From: Candidatus Omnitrophota bacterium
GTDB taxonomy: Bacteria > Omnitrophota > Gorgyraeia > Gygaellales > Profunditerraquicolaceae
NCBI GenBank assembly: GCA_043809145.1
Contig: JAZDED010000034.1
Coordinates: 6,423-70,422, forward strand
Direction: 5' to 3'
Length of the DNA stretch: 64,000 nt
The position numbers and the translations under genes are program-made. Under the pieces are notes generated by a model. It searched no databases, was not told the origin of the DNA, and saw only the letters and a program-made list of their open reading frames with translations. This document shows positions 10,607 through 21,420 of the stretch, in pieces; positions within the stretch are counted from its first letter, which is position 1, and each line of letters begins with the position of its first letter.

Positions 10607-11722
10607 TCACAACGACTTTGCCATATTAATACGTTCGTCAACAGGCGGGTGGTCATAAAAGAAAAACTTTATCCAAGGATGTGGATTACGGTCAGCCAGA
10701 TTCTGTCCGGCCAGCTTATTCATCCCGGAGATAAATTCATCCCTAAACCCAGTACTTTGAATAGCTAATAGGTCTGCCTCCCGTTCAAAAACGCGGCTTA
10801 TAAAGTTTCCCAGGGGCTGCATAAAGACGCCGAAAAGGGTAAAATATATAAAAAGAAGCGGTATTCCTGAAATATCCTGCAGGGAAGCCAGATTATAAAA
10901 ACTAAAAAACCAAAATGATGTGCGGTAAATTAAATAAAAACAGACAATAGCCGTGCAAGAATTTATAACTATCAACTTTAATAAATGCCCCCGTAGATAA
11001 TGAGCAAATTCATGAGCCACGATAACCTCAACCTCGTAGTCAGAAAATTTTTCTTTCAGGGTGTCCGCCAATAAAACTTTTTGGCTGCTGCCCAAGCCGA
11101 CAAACGCAGCATTGGCTTTGTATGTTTTTTTGCTGAAGTCTATTTCAAAAACATCTACTATTTTTACACCCATCTTTGCGGCAAGTTTGACAATCCTTTC
11201 TCTCAAAACCCCATGTTCAAGCTTAGAACATTTGAAAAATAAAGGAATAATCACCTGCGGAGCTATCCTGGCCATCAATAAATTAAGCAGTATCCAGAAA
11301 AATGAAACAATCAGCCACCAGTAAACAGGAGTCAAGCGCAGGAAATAATAAAATACTTCCAGAGAAATACCCGCTACTAAATACATGATAAAGAGGGACT
11401 TGAGCTGATCTTTTAGCCAGGCAGAAAGCTTCTGCCCGGATAAGCCAAACCTGCGTTCGCGGATAAAAGAATGATAAAGAAAAAGCGGAAAACCAACGAG
11501 ATAATAAATAATGGTTAACCAGAAAAGATATATTAAAAGAGACAGGCTGTTATGGAAAGTAATGGAAGTTGAGAACTTCGCTAGTCTAGCCGAAAAACCC
11601 AGGCCTTGGAACAAAAGTAAAAAAACCAACAAATAAACTAATTCGGCTAAACTTAGAATATACCCCTGAATGGAGTAATCCTTGGATCTGCGGGCGATAT
11701 CCTTTTGAGGAATATCGGGCAT
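10607..11722 (-). CDS. M48 (Ste24-like) membrane metallopeptidase
   Basis: Several TM helices, ANAAFVG, AHEFAH, EREAD, HPP. Confidence 0.92.
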   Translation of the reverse strand: MPDIPQKDIARRSKDYSIQGYILSLAELVYLLVFLLLFQGLGFSARLAKFSTSITFHNSLSLLIYLFWLTIIYYLVGFPLFLYHSFIRERRFGLSGQKLSAWLKDQLKSLFIMYLVAGISLEVFYYFLRLTPVYWWLIVSFFWILLNLLMARIAPQVIIPLFFKCSKLEHGVLRERIVKLAAKMGVKIVDVFEIDFSKKTYKANAAFVGLGSSQKVLLADTLKEKFSDYEVEVIVAHEFAHYLRGHLLKLIVINSCTAIVCFYLIYRTSFWFFSFYNLASLQDISGIPLLFIYFTLFGVFMQPLGNFISRVFEREADLLAIQSTGFRDEFISGMNKLAGQNLADRNPHPWIKFFFYDHPPVDERINMAKSL

Positions 11723-11727
11723 AAAAT

Positions 11728-11958
11728 TTATGCGGGCAATACGTTAATAAATGTCCTGGGCCGGCCTCTGGTTGTCTTCTTGCGGATAAAAGCCACCTTG
11801 CCGTCACAGACTGCATATAAAGTAGCTCTTCCAGTCACGTTTCTTCCGGCCTTAAAGAATTCCAGGCCGCGGGCTAAAATCTGGCCCTTCCTGACTAACT
11901 GACCGCCGGTAATTTTAAGCGCAGTATCTTTCTTTGGTGTAGATTTTCCACCTGCCAT
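11728..11958 (-). CDS. rpmA: Divergent 50S ribosomal protein L27 family protein
   Basis: GGQLVRKGQILAR, GRNV, TLYAVCDGKVAF follow the L27 pattern; GGAGG RBS; N-terminus atypical. Confidence 0.75.
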   Translation of the reverse strand: MAGGKSTPKKDTALKITGGQLVRKGQILARGLEFFKAGRNVTGRATLYAVCDGKVAFIRKKTTRGRPRTFINVLPA

Positions 11959-11998
11959 ATTACTACCCTCCTAAATTTGCCTAGTTTTCTTGTATCCA

Positions 11999-12042
11999 AA
12001 TTTACTCCGATAGCGATAATTCAATACTTGACTATCGGAGTT
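11999..12042. repeat. Palindromic intergenic repeat, family A, copy 1
   Basis: aatttACTCCGATAG-cgataattcaatacttga-CTATCGGAGTt; related copies at 30640 and 30710. Confidence 0.85.
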
Positions 12043-12086
12043 GGTTGTAAAAAAATATTTTAGTCAATGATATTAACACACATCCT

Positions 12087-13481
12087 TTAATTAAGCAAGA
12101 GTTCTTCCTCTTTGGAAGGAATGTAAACATTAAATCCTTCCTGGATCAAAGTATCATAAAGGGCCTGAATCTGCACTATATCTCCATGTACCAGAAAAGT
12201 TCGCCTGCGTGGATTAACCTTCTTAACAAAATCCACAAGCTCGTCCTTATCGGCATGCCCGGAGAACGCGTTGATAATGACTACCTCGGCGTTTAACTGA
12301 TACTCCACTCCAAATATGCGCACAAAAGGTACCCTATTAACTATCTTCTTACCTAAAGTATTCTCAGCCATATAACCAACCACCAAAATCGTATTGCGCG
12401 AATCCGAGATATTATTCTGCAAGTGATGCACTATTCTGCCGGATTCACACATGCCGCATCCGGCAATAATAATCATCGGGCGCTTGTCGTGATTTAGGGC
12501 TTTGGATTCTTTCTGGTCCCGTATATAGGTTAAATTCAACAGCTCAAATGGACTTTGGCCATTCTTAATCTCTTGCTGTATCCGAGGATTAAAATAAGAA
12601 AGATTATATTTAAAAACATCCGTGATATTCGTAGCCAGCGGACTATCCAGATAAACCGGGACAAAAGGAATAGCCTTCTCCCGGAACAATTCGCTCAAAA
12701 AATAAAGAACCTCCTGGGTTCTCTCTAAAGTAAACGCCGGAATAAGCACCTTACCGTTACGATTAACCGTGCGGATAATCGCATCTTTTAATTTAGCCTT
12801 ACCCTCATCTACCGGAATATGGAATCTCCCTCCGTAAGTACTCTCTATTACAAGATAGTCCAGGCCTTCGGGAATAACCGGATTGTTCAATAAAGCAAGG
12901 TCCTTTCTTCCCAAATCCACTGCAAATCCGATACGCAGGTTCTCTTCGCCTTCCCTAATATCCATAACCACCACTGCTGAACCCAGGATATGTCCGGCGT
13001 CCATAAGCGTTACAAAAACATTGTTGGCCACGCAAAACTTCTCCCCATAGGTAAGAGAATAAAATCTTTTCCCAGCCAACCCAGCCTCCTTGCGGGTATA
13101 AAGCGGTTTTCTGGGAGGGAACCCAAGCCTGCGATTTATCTTATTCACGTATTTTACATCTTCTTCATGTATTTTCCCGGAATCCTCCAGCATAAGCTTG
13201 GCTAAGTCTTTTGTCGCTGAAGTAGTATAGATTTTACAACGCATACCGCCCTTGAGTAATACCGGTATATTCCCGCAGTGATCAATATGGGCATGGGAAA
13301 GAATCATGGCGTTAAGTTTTCTGGGGTTAAAATTAAGCGCGGTATTTTGCCGATAGAATTCATCGCGCCGGCCCTGAAAAAGCCCAGCGTCAAATAATAC
13401 ATTCGACTTATCGGTAGAAACAAGGTGGCTGGTACCGGTAACTGTCTTTACTCCTCCTAAAAATTTTATTCTCACAACCAT
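12087..13481 (-). CDS. MBL-fold beta-CASP ribonuclease
   Basis: SHAHIDHCG, AGHILGS, ESTYG, FSGHAD. Confidence 0.92.
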   Translation of the reverse strand: MVVRIKFLGGVKTVTGTSHLVSTDKSNVLFDAGLFQGRRDEFYRQNTALNFNPRKLNAMILSHAHIDHCGNIPVLLKGGMRCKIYTTSATKDLAKLMLEDSGKIHEEDVKYVNKINRRLGFPPRKPLYTRKEAGLAGKRFYSLTYGEKFCVANNVFVTLMDAGHILGSAVVVMDIREGEENLRIGFAVDLGRKDLALLNNPVIPEGLDYLVIESTYGGRFHIPVDEGKAKLKDAIIRTVNRNGKVLIPAFTLERTQEVLYFLSELFREKAIPFVPVYLDSPLATNITDVFKYNLSYFNPRIQQEIKNGQSPFELLNLTYIRDQKESKALNHDKRPMIIIAGCGMCESGRIVHHLQNNISDSRNTILVVGYMAENTLGKKIVNRVPFVRIFGVEYQLNAEVVIINAFSGHADKDELVDFVKKVNPRRRTFLVHGDIVQIQALYDTLIQEGFNVYIPSKEEELLLN

Positions 13482-13485
13482 AGTA

Positions 13486-14163
13486 TTATTCCTTAAACCC
13501 GAACTTCAACACTACAGGTATTATTAACAGAATATACAAGAAACTCCACAAAAATATTGACGGATGGCGGATAAAATATTCAGACAATAATCTATAATTA
13601 AATACCCCTTCCCCCACTCCATAGAGCACAATCTGCACCCACAAAATCCTTAAAGGAGAACCCGAGATAACTGCAAACAAATATTTACGAAAATGTATCC
13701 CCGTTAATCCTGCAGCAAGGTCTAAAAATCTAAAAGGCACCAAAGGCGCTGCGCGCAACAATAATAACCAAAAGAAATTTGATTTTGCTATTCTTTCATC
13801 CAATCCCTTGAATCTACCCTTAGCCTTTTGCTCAACGAAGCCCCTTCCTAAATAGCGGGCAAAATAAAAGAGGACACAGGCATTTATTATCTCTGCAATA
13901 AATATATAAAAACTGCTCCACCAAGGGCCAAAGATAAAAACCCCGGCTATCTTCATCAAGTCTTTAGCCAGCCAGAGAAAGAATGAAGTAAAACAATAGA
14001 AGAGGACAAAAAAGAAACCCTGGAAAAATAATGGTATCTCGGAGAAAAAATACATCAGGCCCCCGGTGCTTAGATGCAAATATGTACCCAAGCGCCATAC
14101 CAACAACAAAAATAATAAAAAAATAATAAATTTAATTAACCTCTTGTTCTGCGGGTAGGCCAT
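13486..14163 (-). CDS. TVP38/TMEM64 (VTT/DedA-like) membrane protein
   Basis: Hydrophobic; ARYLGR and LRAAPLVPF motifs. Confidence 0.85.
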   Translation of the reverse strand: MAYPQNKRLIKFIIFLLFLLLVWRLGTYLHLSTGGLMYFFSEIPLFFQGFFFVLFYCFTSFFLWLAKDLMKIAGVFIFGPWWSSFYIFIAEIINACVLFYFARYLGRGFVEQKAKGRFKGLDERIAKSNFFWLLLLRAAPLVPFRFLDLAAGLTGIHFRKYLFAVISGSPLRILWVQIVLYGVGEGVFNYRLLSEYFIRHPSIFLWSFLYILLIIPVVLKFGFKE

Positions 14164-15687
14164 TTAAGTTACAAAGAGGTTGCGGGAAGAAAATTTTCCG
14201 TCAGTAGTTAAATTCACTCCCAAACGCTTCAAGCCCACCTCATCTCCTGGAGTTGGAATATGAGTCATATGCACCTCGCAGCCCCTTAACTCCACAAGCT
14301 TATTCATCGCCAATTCTGCCGTATGGTTAGTGGCTGCGCTTATCGAAAGGGCAATAAGCGTCTCCTCTAAATCCAGGCTTTCGGAATCCGCGCTTAAGAT
14401 ACCCTCTTTGAGTTTTGCTATCTGATTGATGATATGGGGAGATAAAAGCAGTATCTCGTCTGGAATCTTAGCTAAAATTTTAATCGCATTCAGGACTAAA
14501 CTCGAGGCAGCGTGCATAAGCATGGAATTCTTTCCGGTTACAATCCGGCCGTCGTTTAACTGTATTGCCGCGCCGCAGCAAATGCCCTCATTCCCCTTGC
14601 CTTCTGCTTCTGCCTCTTCAGCTGTTTTACGAGCTACTTCTACTACAACCCGGTCAATTAGCTTAATGCCCAACTCTTCCATTAAAAGAACTATCTTGTC
14701 TACCGTCACTTTCTTTTCTATGCCTAAGGCATATTCGGTATTATAGCGAAAGTACCTGCGAATAATCTCCTGGCGCGCTGCCTCCTGGACTGCCAAGTCG
14801 TCCACAATCCCGAATCCCGCACGATTCACGCCCATATCCGTAGGAGAATTATAAACCGGCAGATTTATTTTTTTCTGGAATATCTTATTAAGGATTAATT
14901 TTAATATCGGAAAACTCTCCACATCCCGATTGTAATTTATAGCCATCTCTTTGTACTTTTCAAGATGAAACGGGTCAACTAGGTTAAAATCCAGTATATC
15001 AGCAGTGGCAGCTTCATAAGCTATATTTACCGGATGTCTAAGAGGGAGATTCCAAATAGGGAAGGTTTCAAACTTAGCATACCCGGCATTTATGCCCTTC
15101 TCATGTTCCTGGTATAATTGCGATAGACACGTTGCCAATTTGCCGCTGTTTGGTCCAGGGCCGGTTATAACCACAATCGAATGCTTAGTCTCAATATAAT
15201 CATTTTTACCGAAACCCTGGGGGCTGACTACATAATCTACATTTGTAGGATAACCTTCTATAGGATAGTGCAGATAAACCTTAACACCCCTGCGTTCCAG
15301 TTTATTTTTAAATACCTCTGCAGTGTGCTGTTTATTAAACCGCGTAATCACTACTGACGAAATATCCAGACTCCATTTTCTCAAATCATCTATAAGCTTG
15401 AAAGTCGCGGCATCATAGGTTATCCCGAAATCTCCGCGCACCCTCCCCCTCTCAATGTCTGCGGCATAAATGCAGAGCACTATATCTAGTTTGTCTTTTA
15501 ATTGCTGAAGAAGCCTGATTTTAACATTAGGGTTATAACCCGGCAATACACGCGCGGCATGATAATCAAAACATAGCTTTCCTCCGAATTCCAGGTAGAG
15601 CTTGTTGTCAAACTTCCCTACCCGATCCAGTATGTAGGTCGTCTGCTCCTGAAGATACTTATTATTATCAAAACCGCTTCTTTTCAT
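14164..15687 (-). CDS. DUF1846 family protein
   Basis: LYLEFGGKL, GPGPNSGKLATCLSQLY, YAKFETFP, SPTDMGVN. Confidence 0.9.
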   Translation of the reverse strand: MKRSGFDNNKYLQEQTTYILDRVGKFDNKLYLEFGGKLCFDYHAARVLPGYNPNVKIRLLQQLKDKLDIVLCIYAADIERGRVRGDFGITYDAATFKLIDDLRKWSLDISSVVITRFNKQHTAEVFKNKLERRGVKVYLHYPIEGYPTNVDYVVSPQGFGKNDYIETKHSIVVITGPGPNSGKLATCLSQLYQEHEKGINAGYAKFETFPIWNLPLRHPVNIAYEAATADILDFNLVDPFHLEKYKEMAINYNRDVESFPILKLILNKIFQKKINLPVYNSPTDMGVNRAGFGIVDDLAVQEAARQEIIRRYFRYNTEYALGIEKKVTVDKIVLLMEELGIKLIDRVVVEVARKTAEEAEAEGKGNEGICCGAAIQLNDGRIVTGKNSMLMHAASSLVLNAIKILAKIPDEILLLSPHIINQIAKLKEGILSADSESLDLEETLIALSISAATNHTAELAMNKLVELRGCEVHMTHIPTPGDEVGLKRLGVNLTTDGKFSSRNLFVT

Positions 15688-15749
15688 AGTTATATTCTAC
15701 AATAAAATATGTATTTTTGAAATATTTTTATTGCCTTCTAAACCGGGGA

Positions 15750-16159
15750 TTATATTTGGTGGGCCAACCAGCGCGTCTTATCGTTATGCTGCAGCTGTTT
15801 GGCTGACAATAATTTGGGGCTAAAAAACGACATGCTGGCCGTCATAGAGAATCCAATCATAACTAAAGATCCTCTTTTGCGCCTTAAATTCATCAAAAAC
15901 TTCTGTTCCGGCTCCCCAACAACTACCTGCCGCGCGTACTTAAGCGCCTCTTCAAGCAAATGGCTGGCATGCACTCCTTGGATAATGACTTTCTCTTTGG
16001 GAAACTTAGCGGCTATATTATATCCTCATTGTAAATTTCAACCTCATGCCCCTGATTACGCAGTATAGTCCCCAAATACAAAGGGCCCAAAAGGGGCATC
16101 TGTAATCTACTATAAATATTGGCCACCGAAGACGTGGGCTCAATCAGAACTACCTTCAT
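15750..16159 (-). pseudogene. Remnant of a B12-binding radical SAM protein with internal deletions
   Basis: Manual translation in three frames: MKVVLIEPTSSVANIYSRLQMPLLGPLYLGTILRNQGHEVEIYNEDII* / KVIIQGVHASHLLEEALKYARQVVVGE / KRIFSYDWILYDGQHVVF*; no CxxxCxxC core. Confidence 0.75.
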
Positions 16160-16168
16160 GTCTTGAAA

Positions 16169-16375
16169 TTAATTAGAAATCAGGCGGATATTTACTGCCC
16201 GCGGGCCTTTGGGGGATGTTTCAACTTCAAACTCTACTTCCTGGCCTTCTTTCAAACCATCAAAACCTGTCTCCAGCAGACTGGACTGGTGGAAAAACAA
16301 TTCTCTGCCGTCACTGTCGCTGATAAAACCAAAACCTCTGTCTCTGACTACCTTCTTTATCTTTCCTTTATGCAT
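16169..16375 (-). CDS. csp: Cold-shock protein
   Basis: RGFGFI (RNP1), LFFHQS (RNP2), KGPRAVNI; AGGAG RBS. Confidence 0.95.
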   Translation of the reverse strand: MHKGKIKKVVRDRGFGFISDSDGRELFFHQSSLLETGFDGLKEGQEVEFEVETSPKGPRAVNIRLISN

Positions 16376-16521
16376 GAGCTTAATCTCCTTGTTAGATTAT
16401 TAAATCCGGCCATTCAATAAACCGGACTTTGGTGAAATAAAACTGCTTGCGTTATATAATCTTGTAGTGCTATTCTTTAGCATCTGCCTCCTTTGTTTGA
16501 GATTTTGCCAAATAAAGGTAA

Positions 16522-16564
16522 AAACAAAAAAACCGGAAGGCTAGTTATCGTCTGCCTTCCGGCC
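16522..16564 (-). terminator. Intrinsic terminator-like hairpin between carB and csp
   Basis: Minus strand: CCGGAAGGC-agacgataacta-GCCTTCCGG-TTTTTTT. Confidence 0.75.
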
Positions 16565-16643
16565 CTAAGATTTCTAATCCTTTATTTACTGCCTGATAAT
16601 AGTTATAGCTTATTTAACCGGGTTGTCAAGTTATATATTCAAA

Positions 16644-18305
16644 CTATGCGTCGTAAGTAGAATAAAAATAGGGGGTATATGCCTGAAATTCCGCAGCGCA
16701 GGTATCTACAAGTTTGAAATCGGGCTTAAGGTTAAAAGATTTGCGTATGGCGTAAATCTCTTCTTCGTCTTTTCGGGTAAGTTTGGCTAATTGCCGGTCA
16801 CTGAAGCCAAATTCTTTAGACTTACGCATCAACTGAACAGAAAATTCACCACGGCAATCGGCGATTTCTTTTTCTAAATCCACAATCTCTTTTAGGTTAT
16901 GCAAAAAGAAGCGGTCTATTTTAGTTAAAGAATATATTTCTTCTACGCCTATCCCGGCCCTCAAGGCATCACCAAGATAGAATATACGTTCGGCATTGGC
17001 AAAGCTTAACTTCTCATATATATACTCCAGGGTATTCCCGTCTGATTTAGATTCCAGAATATCCTTAAAGAGTATACTTTCCAAACCGTATTTTTTAGTC
17101 TCCAGGGAACGCAACCCCTTTTGCAAAGCTTCTTTAAAAGTCCTGCCGATAGCCATTGCCTCGCCAACAGACTTCATGGAAACGGTAAGTGTCGCATCTG
17201 CCTGGGGAAATTTCTCAAAGGTAAAGCGGGGTATTTTTACCACGCAATAATCAATCGCCGGTTCAAAGCAAGCCGGAGTCACCTTGGTTATATCATTTGC
17301 TATCTCATCCAGAGTGTAACCTACGGCTAACTTGGTGGCGATCTTGGCAATAGGAAAGCCGGTCGCTTTAGACGCCAAAGCAGAGCTGCGGGAAACCCGG
17401 GGATTCATTTCAATGATTACCATCCGCCCGGTCTCCGGATTAACGGCAAATTGTATATTCGAACCGCCTGTTTCTACGCCGATCTCCCGGATACAGGCAA
17501 TTGCCGCATCGCGCATCTTCTGGTATTCCCTATCGGTCAAAGTCTGGATAGGAGCAACTGTTATGCTATCTCCGGTATGAACACCCATAGGATCAACATT
17601 TTCAATTGAACATATAATCACTACATTATCCTTTAAATCCCGCATCACCTCCAGCTCAAATTCCTTCCAACCCGCTACCGATTCCTCAATCAATACCTCG
17701 CTGATCATGCTGGATTCCAAGCCGCGCTTAGCCAGGAGTTTAAACTCTTGGATATTATAAGATATACTACCTCCGGTACCGCCTAAAGTAAAACTCGGCC
17801 GTATGATCAGAGGAAAACCTATCCTTTCGGCAACCGCCAGGGCCTTTTTTAAGTTATGAGCCTTATCGCTTTTAGGCAGGTCTAATCCGATTTTCTGCAT
17901 GGATTTCTTAAATAGAATCCTGTCTTCGCCTTTCTTAATAGCTTTAATATTCGCGCCGATAGTCTCGACTTTATATTTTCTTAAGATGCCGGCCTTATCC
18001 AAACCTACTGCCGTATTTAGAGCTGTCTGCCCTCCCAAAGTCGGCAATAAAGCGTCCGGCCTTTCTTTGGCGATAATTTTACCTATCAAATCAACGGTAA
18101 TAGGCTCAATATATGTCCTATCCGCAAGTTGCGGGTCAGTCATAATAGTAGCGGGATTGGAGTTAACCAAAACCACCTTATAACCTTCCTGTTTCAGAAC
18201 CTTGCAGGCCTGAGTTCCGGAATAATCAAATTCACAGGCCTGGCCAATAACAATCGGCCCTGAACCAATGATTAAGATTTTTTTGATATCAGTACGTTTA
18301 GGCAT
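16644..18305 (-). CDS. carB: Carbamoyl-phosphate synthase large subunit, N-terminal half only
   Basis: [30 protein letters not shown]...; 553 aa ending PYFYSTYDA*, at the junction between the two homologous halves. Confidence 0.92.
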   Translation of the reverse strand: MPKRTDIKKILIIGSGPIVIGQACEFDYSGTQACKVLKQEGYKVVLVNSNPATIMTDPQLADRTYIEPITVDLIGKIIAKERPDALLPTLGGQTALNTAVGLDKAGILRKYKVETIGANIKAIKKGEDRILFKKSMQKIGLDLPKSDKAHNLKKALAVAERIGFPLIIRPSFTLGGTGGSISYNIQEFKLLAKRGLESSMISEVLIEESVAGWKEFELEVMRDLKDNVVIICSIENVDPMGVHTGDSITVAPIQTLTDREYQKMRDAAIACIREIGVETGGSNIQFAVNPETGRMVIIEMNPRVSRSSALASKATGFPIAKIATKLAVGYTLDEIANDITKVTPACFEPAIDYCVVKIPRFTFEKFPQADATLTVSMKSVGEAMAIGRTFKEALQKGLRSLETKKYGLESILFKDILESKSDGNTLEYIYEKLSFANAERIFYLGDALRAGIGVEEIYSLTKIDRFFLHNLKEIVDLEKEIADCRGEFSVQLMRKSKEFGFSDRQLAKLTRKDEEEIYAIRKSFNLKPDFKLVDTCAAEFQAYTPYFYSTYDA

Positions 18306-18343
18306 GTTTTTAGTTTTTTAGCTATCAGTTATCAGTTGCTTAT

Positions 18344-19429
18344 TCAACTTTTTCCTTTTCTAATTAACTTAATAAACTCATCAAATAAATACTCCGCGTC
18401 ATGAGGCCCGGGAGAAGCTTCAGGATGAAATTGAACTGAAAAAACCGGAAATTTCTTATGCCGTATGCCTTCCGCAGTAAAATCATTTAAATTAACGTGA
18501 GTTAACTCAATGCTCTTTTTATCCAAAGATTCCATCTCTAGGCAAAAACCGTGGTTTTGAGAGGTAACACAGACTTTGCCGCTGCGCAGGTCTTTGACCG
18601 GATGGTTTGCTCCATGATGCCCGAACTTTAGTTTATAAGTCTTACCTCCCAAGGCTAAACCCAGTATCTGATGCCCCAAACAAATACCAAACAAAGGTAG
18701 CTTACCGATTAATTCCCTGCAGGTCGCAACTGCATAATGCACTGCAGCCGGATCGCCGGGACCATTAGAAAAAAGCACTCCGTTCGGCTTTAACTTTAAA
18801 ATTGCGTTTGCTCCAGTTTCAGCCGGCACAACTATCGCCTGGCACTCCCGTTTCAATAATTCTCTTAAGATATTATGTTTCACCCCAAAATCAATTACTA
18901 CAACCTTATATTTATGCCTGGCCGTTGACCAAATATAACTCTTATCAATCGTAACTTCCTTGACTAAATCTACTCCCTCCAGGCCTCTTGAAGACCTGGC
19001 TTTTTCTACTAAACTCAACTCATCGTTATCTGTTGTCGATAAGATTCCTTTCATTGCCCCGGCAGAGCGTATATGCAGAGTCAGCGCGCGGGTATCTATG
19101 CCTTCAATTCCAGGAATATTATTTTCTTTAAGATAATCTCCCAGAGGCTGCTCTGACCTCCAATTACTGGCAATCTTGCTGTATTCCTTAACCACAAAAC
19201 CTTCCAGGAATATTCTACGTGATTCCACGTCCTCTTTATTTATCCCATAATTACCGATCAATGGATAGGTCATGGCCACAATCTGCCCCTTATAGGAAGG
19301 ATCAGTAAGAATCTCCTGATAACCAGCCATACTGGTATTAAAAACAACCTCTCCTAAACGCTCTGTGCTGGCGCCAAAAGATTTACCTTTAAAAATTTTT
19401 CCGTCTTCTAAAGCTAATATTGCTTGCAT
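18344..19429 (-). CDS. carA: Carbamoyl-phosphate synthase small subunit
   Basis: GEVVFNT, SNGPGDP, GICLGHQ, QFHPEASPGPHD. Confidence 0.97.
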   Translation of the reverse strand: MQAILALEDGKIFKGKSFGASTERLGEVVFNTSMAGYQEILTDPSYKGQIVAMTYPLIGNYGINKEDVESRRIFLEGFVVKEYSKIASNWRSEQPLGDYLKENNIPGIEGIDTRALTLHIRSAGAMKGILSTTDNDELSLVEKARSSRGLEGVDLVKEVTIDKSYIWSTARHKYKVVVIDFGVKHNILRELLKRECQAIVVPAETGANAILKLKPNGVLFSNGPGDPAAVHYAVATCRELIGKLPLFGICLGHQILGLALGGKTYKLKFGHHGANHPVKDLRSGKVCVTSQNHGFCLEMESLDKKSIELTHVNLNDFTAEGIRHKKFPVFSVQFHPEASPGPHDAEYLFDEFIKLIRKGKS

Positions 19430-19442
19430 GTGCATTCCGGTT

Positions 19443-19704
19443 TCCCGCCTGCGGCGGGATTAATTCGCGGACGCTCCGACTTTACGTCGGAGCTACGACT
19501 TACTCCACAAGGAGTAGGCCTTCCTATCCATTAAGGAAGGGCCTTATGTTCACTATGTTCCATAAGTTATCCGATTCTGACTTATACCTTAGGCAAGAAA
19601 ACAAAAAATTTGCGTCTAAGGTATTAATTCGCGGACGCCCTTCGGGCTATAACTTATGTTCACTATGAGCAAAACTGATTGTCCATAAGTTATCCGCTCA
19701 TTAA
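19443..19704. repeat. Mosaic of nested palindromes with two copies of one scaffold
   Basis: ATTAATTCGCGGACGC...TTATGTTCACTATG...CATAAGTTATCCG at 19459-19573 and 19623-19695, with different internal hairpins. Confidence 0.8.
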
Positions 19705-19774
19705 AAAAGGCGTTTTAGGCCGCGTATTCGGCTCTAAAACGCCTTTGTTATCAAGATAGCTCTGCCCTTGAACT
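19703..19774 (-). promoter_or_regulatory. Putative ANTAR hairpin pair overlapping a terminator, carAB leader
   Basis: P2 AAC-AAAGGC-GTT overlaps the terminator 5' arm (aaaggcgttttag...ctaaaacgcctttttt); P1 agttc-aagggca-gagct is imperfect. Confidence 0.65.
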
Positions 19775-19783
19775 ATTTCAGTT

Positions 19784-19811
19784 AGTATAGCATATCCGGT
19801 TTAGATGTCAA
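19784..19811 (-). promoter_or_regulatory. Sigma70-type promoter for the carAB leader
   Basis: TTGACA-16 nt-TATACT with TG extension. Confidence 0.65.
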
Positions 19812-19825
19812 ATGTTTTTGCCTTT

Positions 19826-21196
<1,371 letters not shown>

Positions 21197-21212
21197 TTAG
21201 GCAATCATGGTT

Positions 21213-21282
21213 AAAAATAAAAAAGACGTCCTTATAAAGTTTTCGGACGTCTTTGTCTCTTAAAAACTTATGCATCTTTGCA
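21213..21282 (-). promoter_or_regulatory. ANTAR dual-hairpin + terminator, gdhA leader
   Basis: P1 TGC-AAAGAT-GCA, 13-nt linker, P2 GAC-AAAGAC-GTC overlapping terminator aaagacgtcc...ggacgtctttttt. Confidence 0.8.
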
Positions 21283-21345
21283 AAGCTGCTCTTTGGACTA
21301 TCTTTTATTCAAGTTAGTCAACCCGTACCCCGGCTGAACTGCTCT

Positions 21346-21374
21346 ATATTAAAATAGCCTGGCCTACTTGTCAA
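21346..21374 (-). promoter_or_regulatory. Sigma70-type promoter for the gdhA leader
   Basis: TTGACA-17 nt-TAATAT. Confidence 0.6.
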
Positions 21375-21383
21375 GCTAAAATT

Positions 21384-21420
21384 AAAATTAACCCTGCCTC
21401 TGGCGTCTAGGGTTAATTTT
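21384..21420. terminator. Inverted repeat after the NfnB/GltD-like gene
   Basis: aaaattaaccct...agggttaatttt. Confidence 0.55.

Noticed and set aside
15750-16068. ORFs 15750..15974 (-) and 15799..16068 (+) as real genes
   Set aside because: Explained as a fragment and an antisense shadow of the radical SAM pseudogene.
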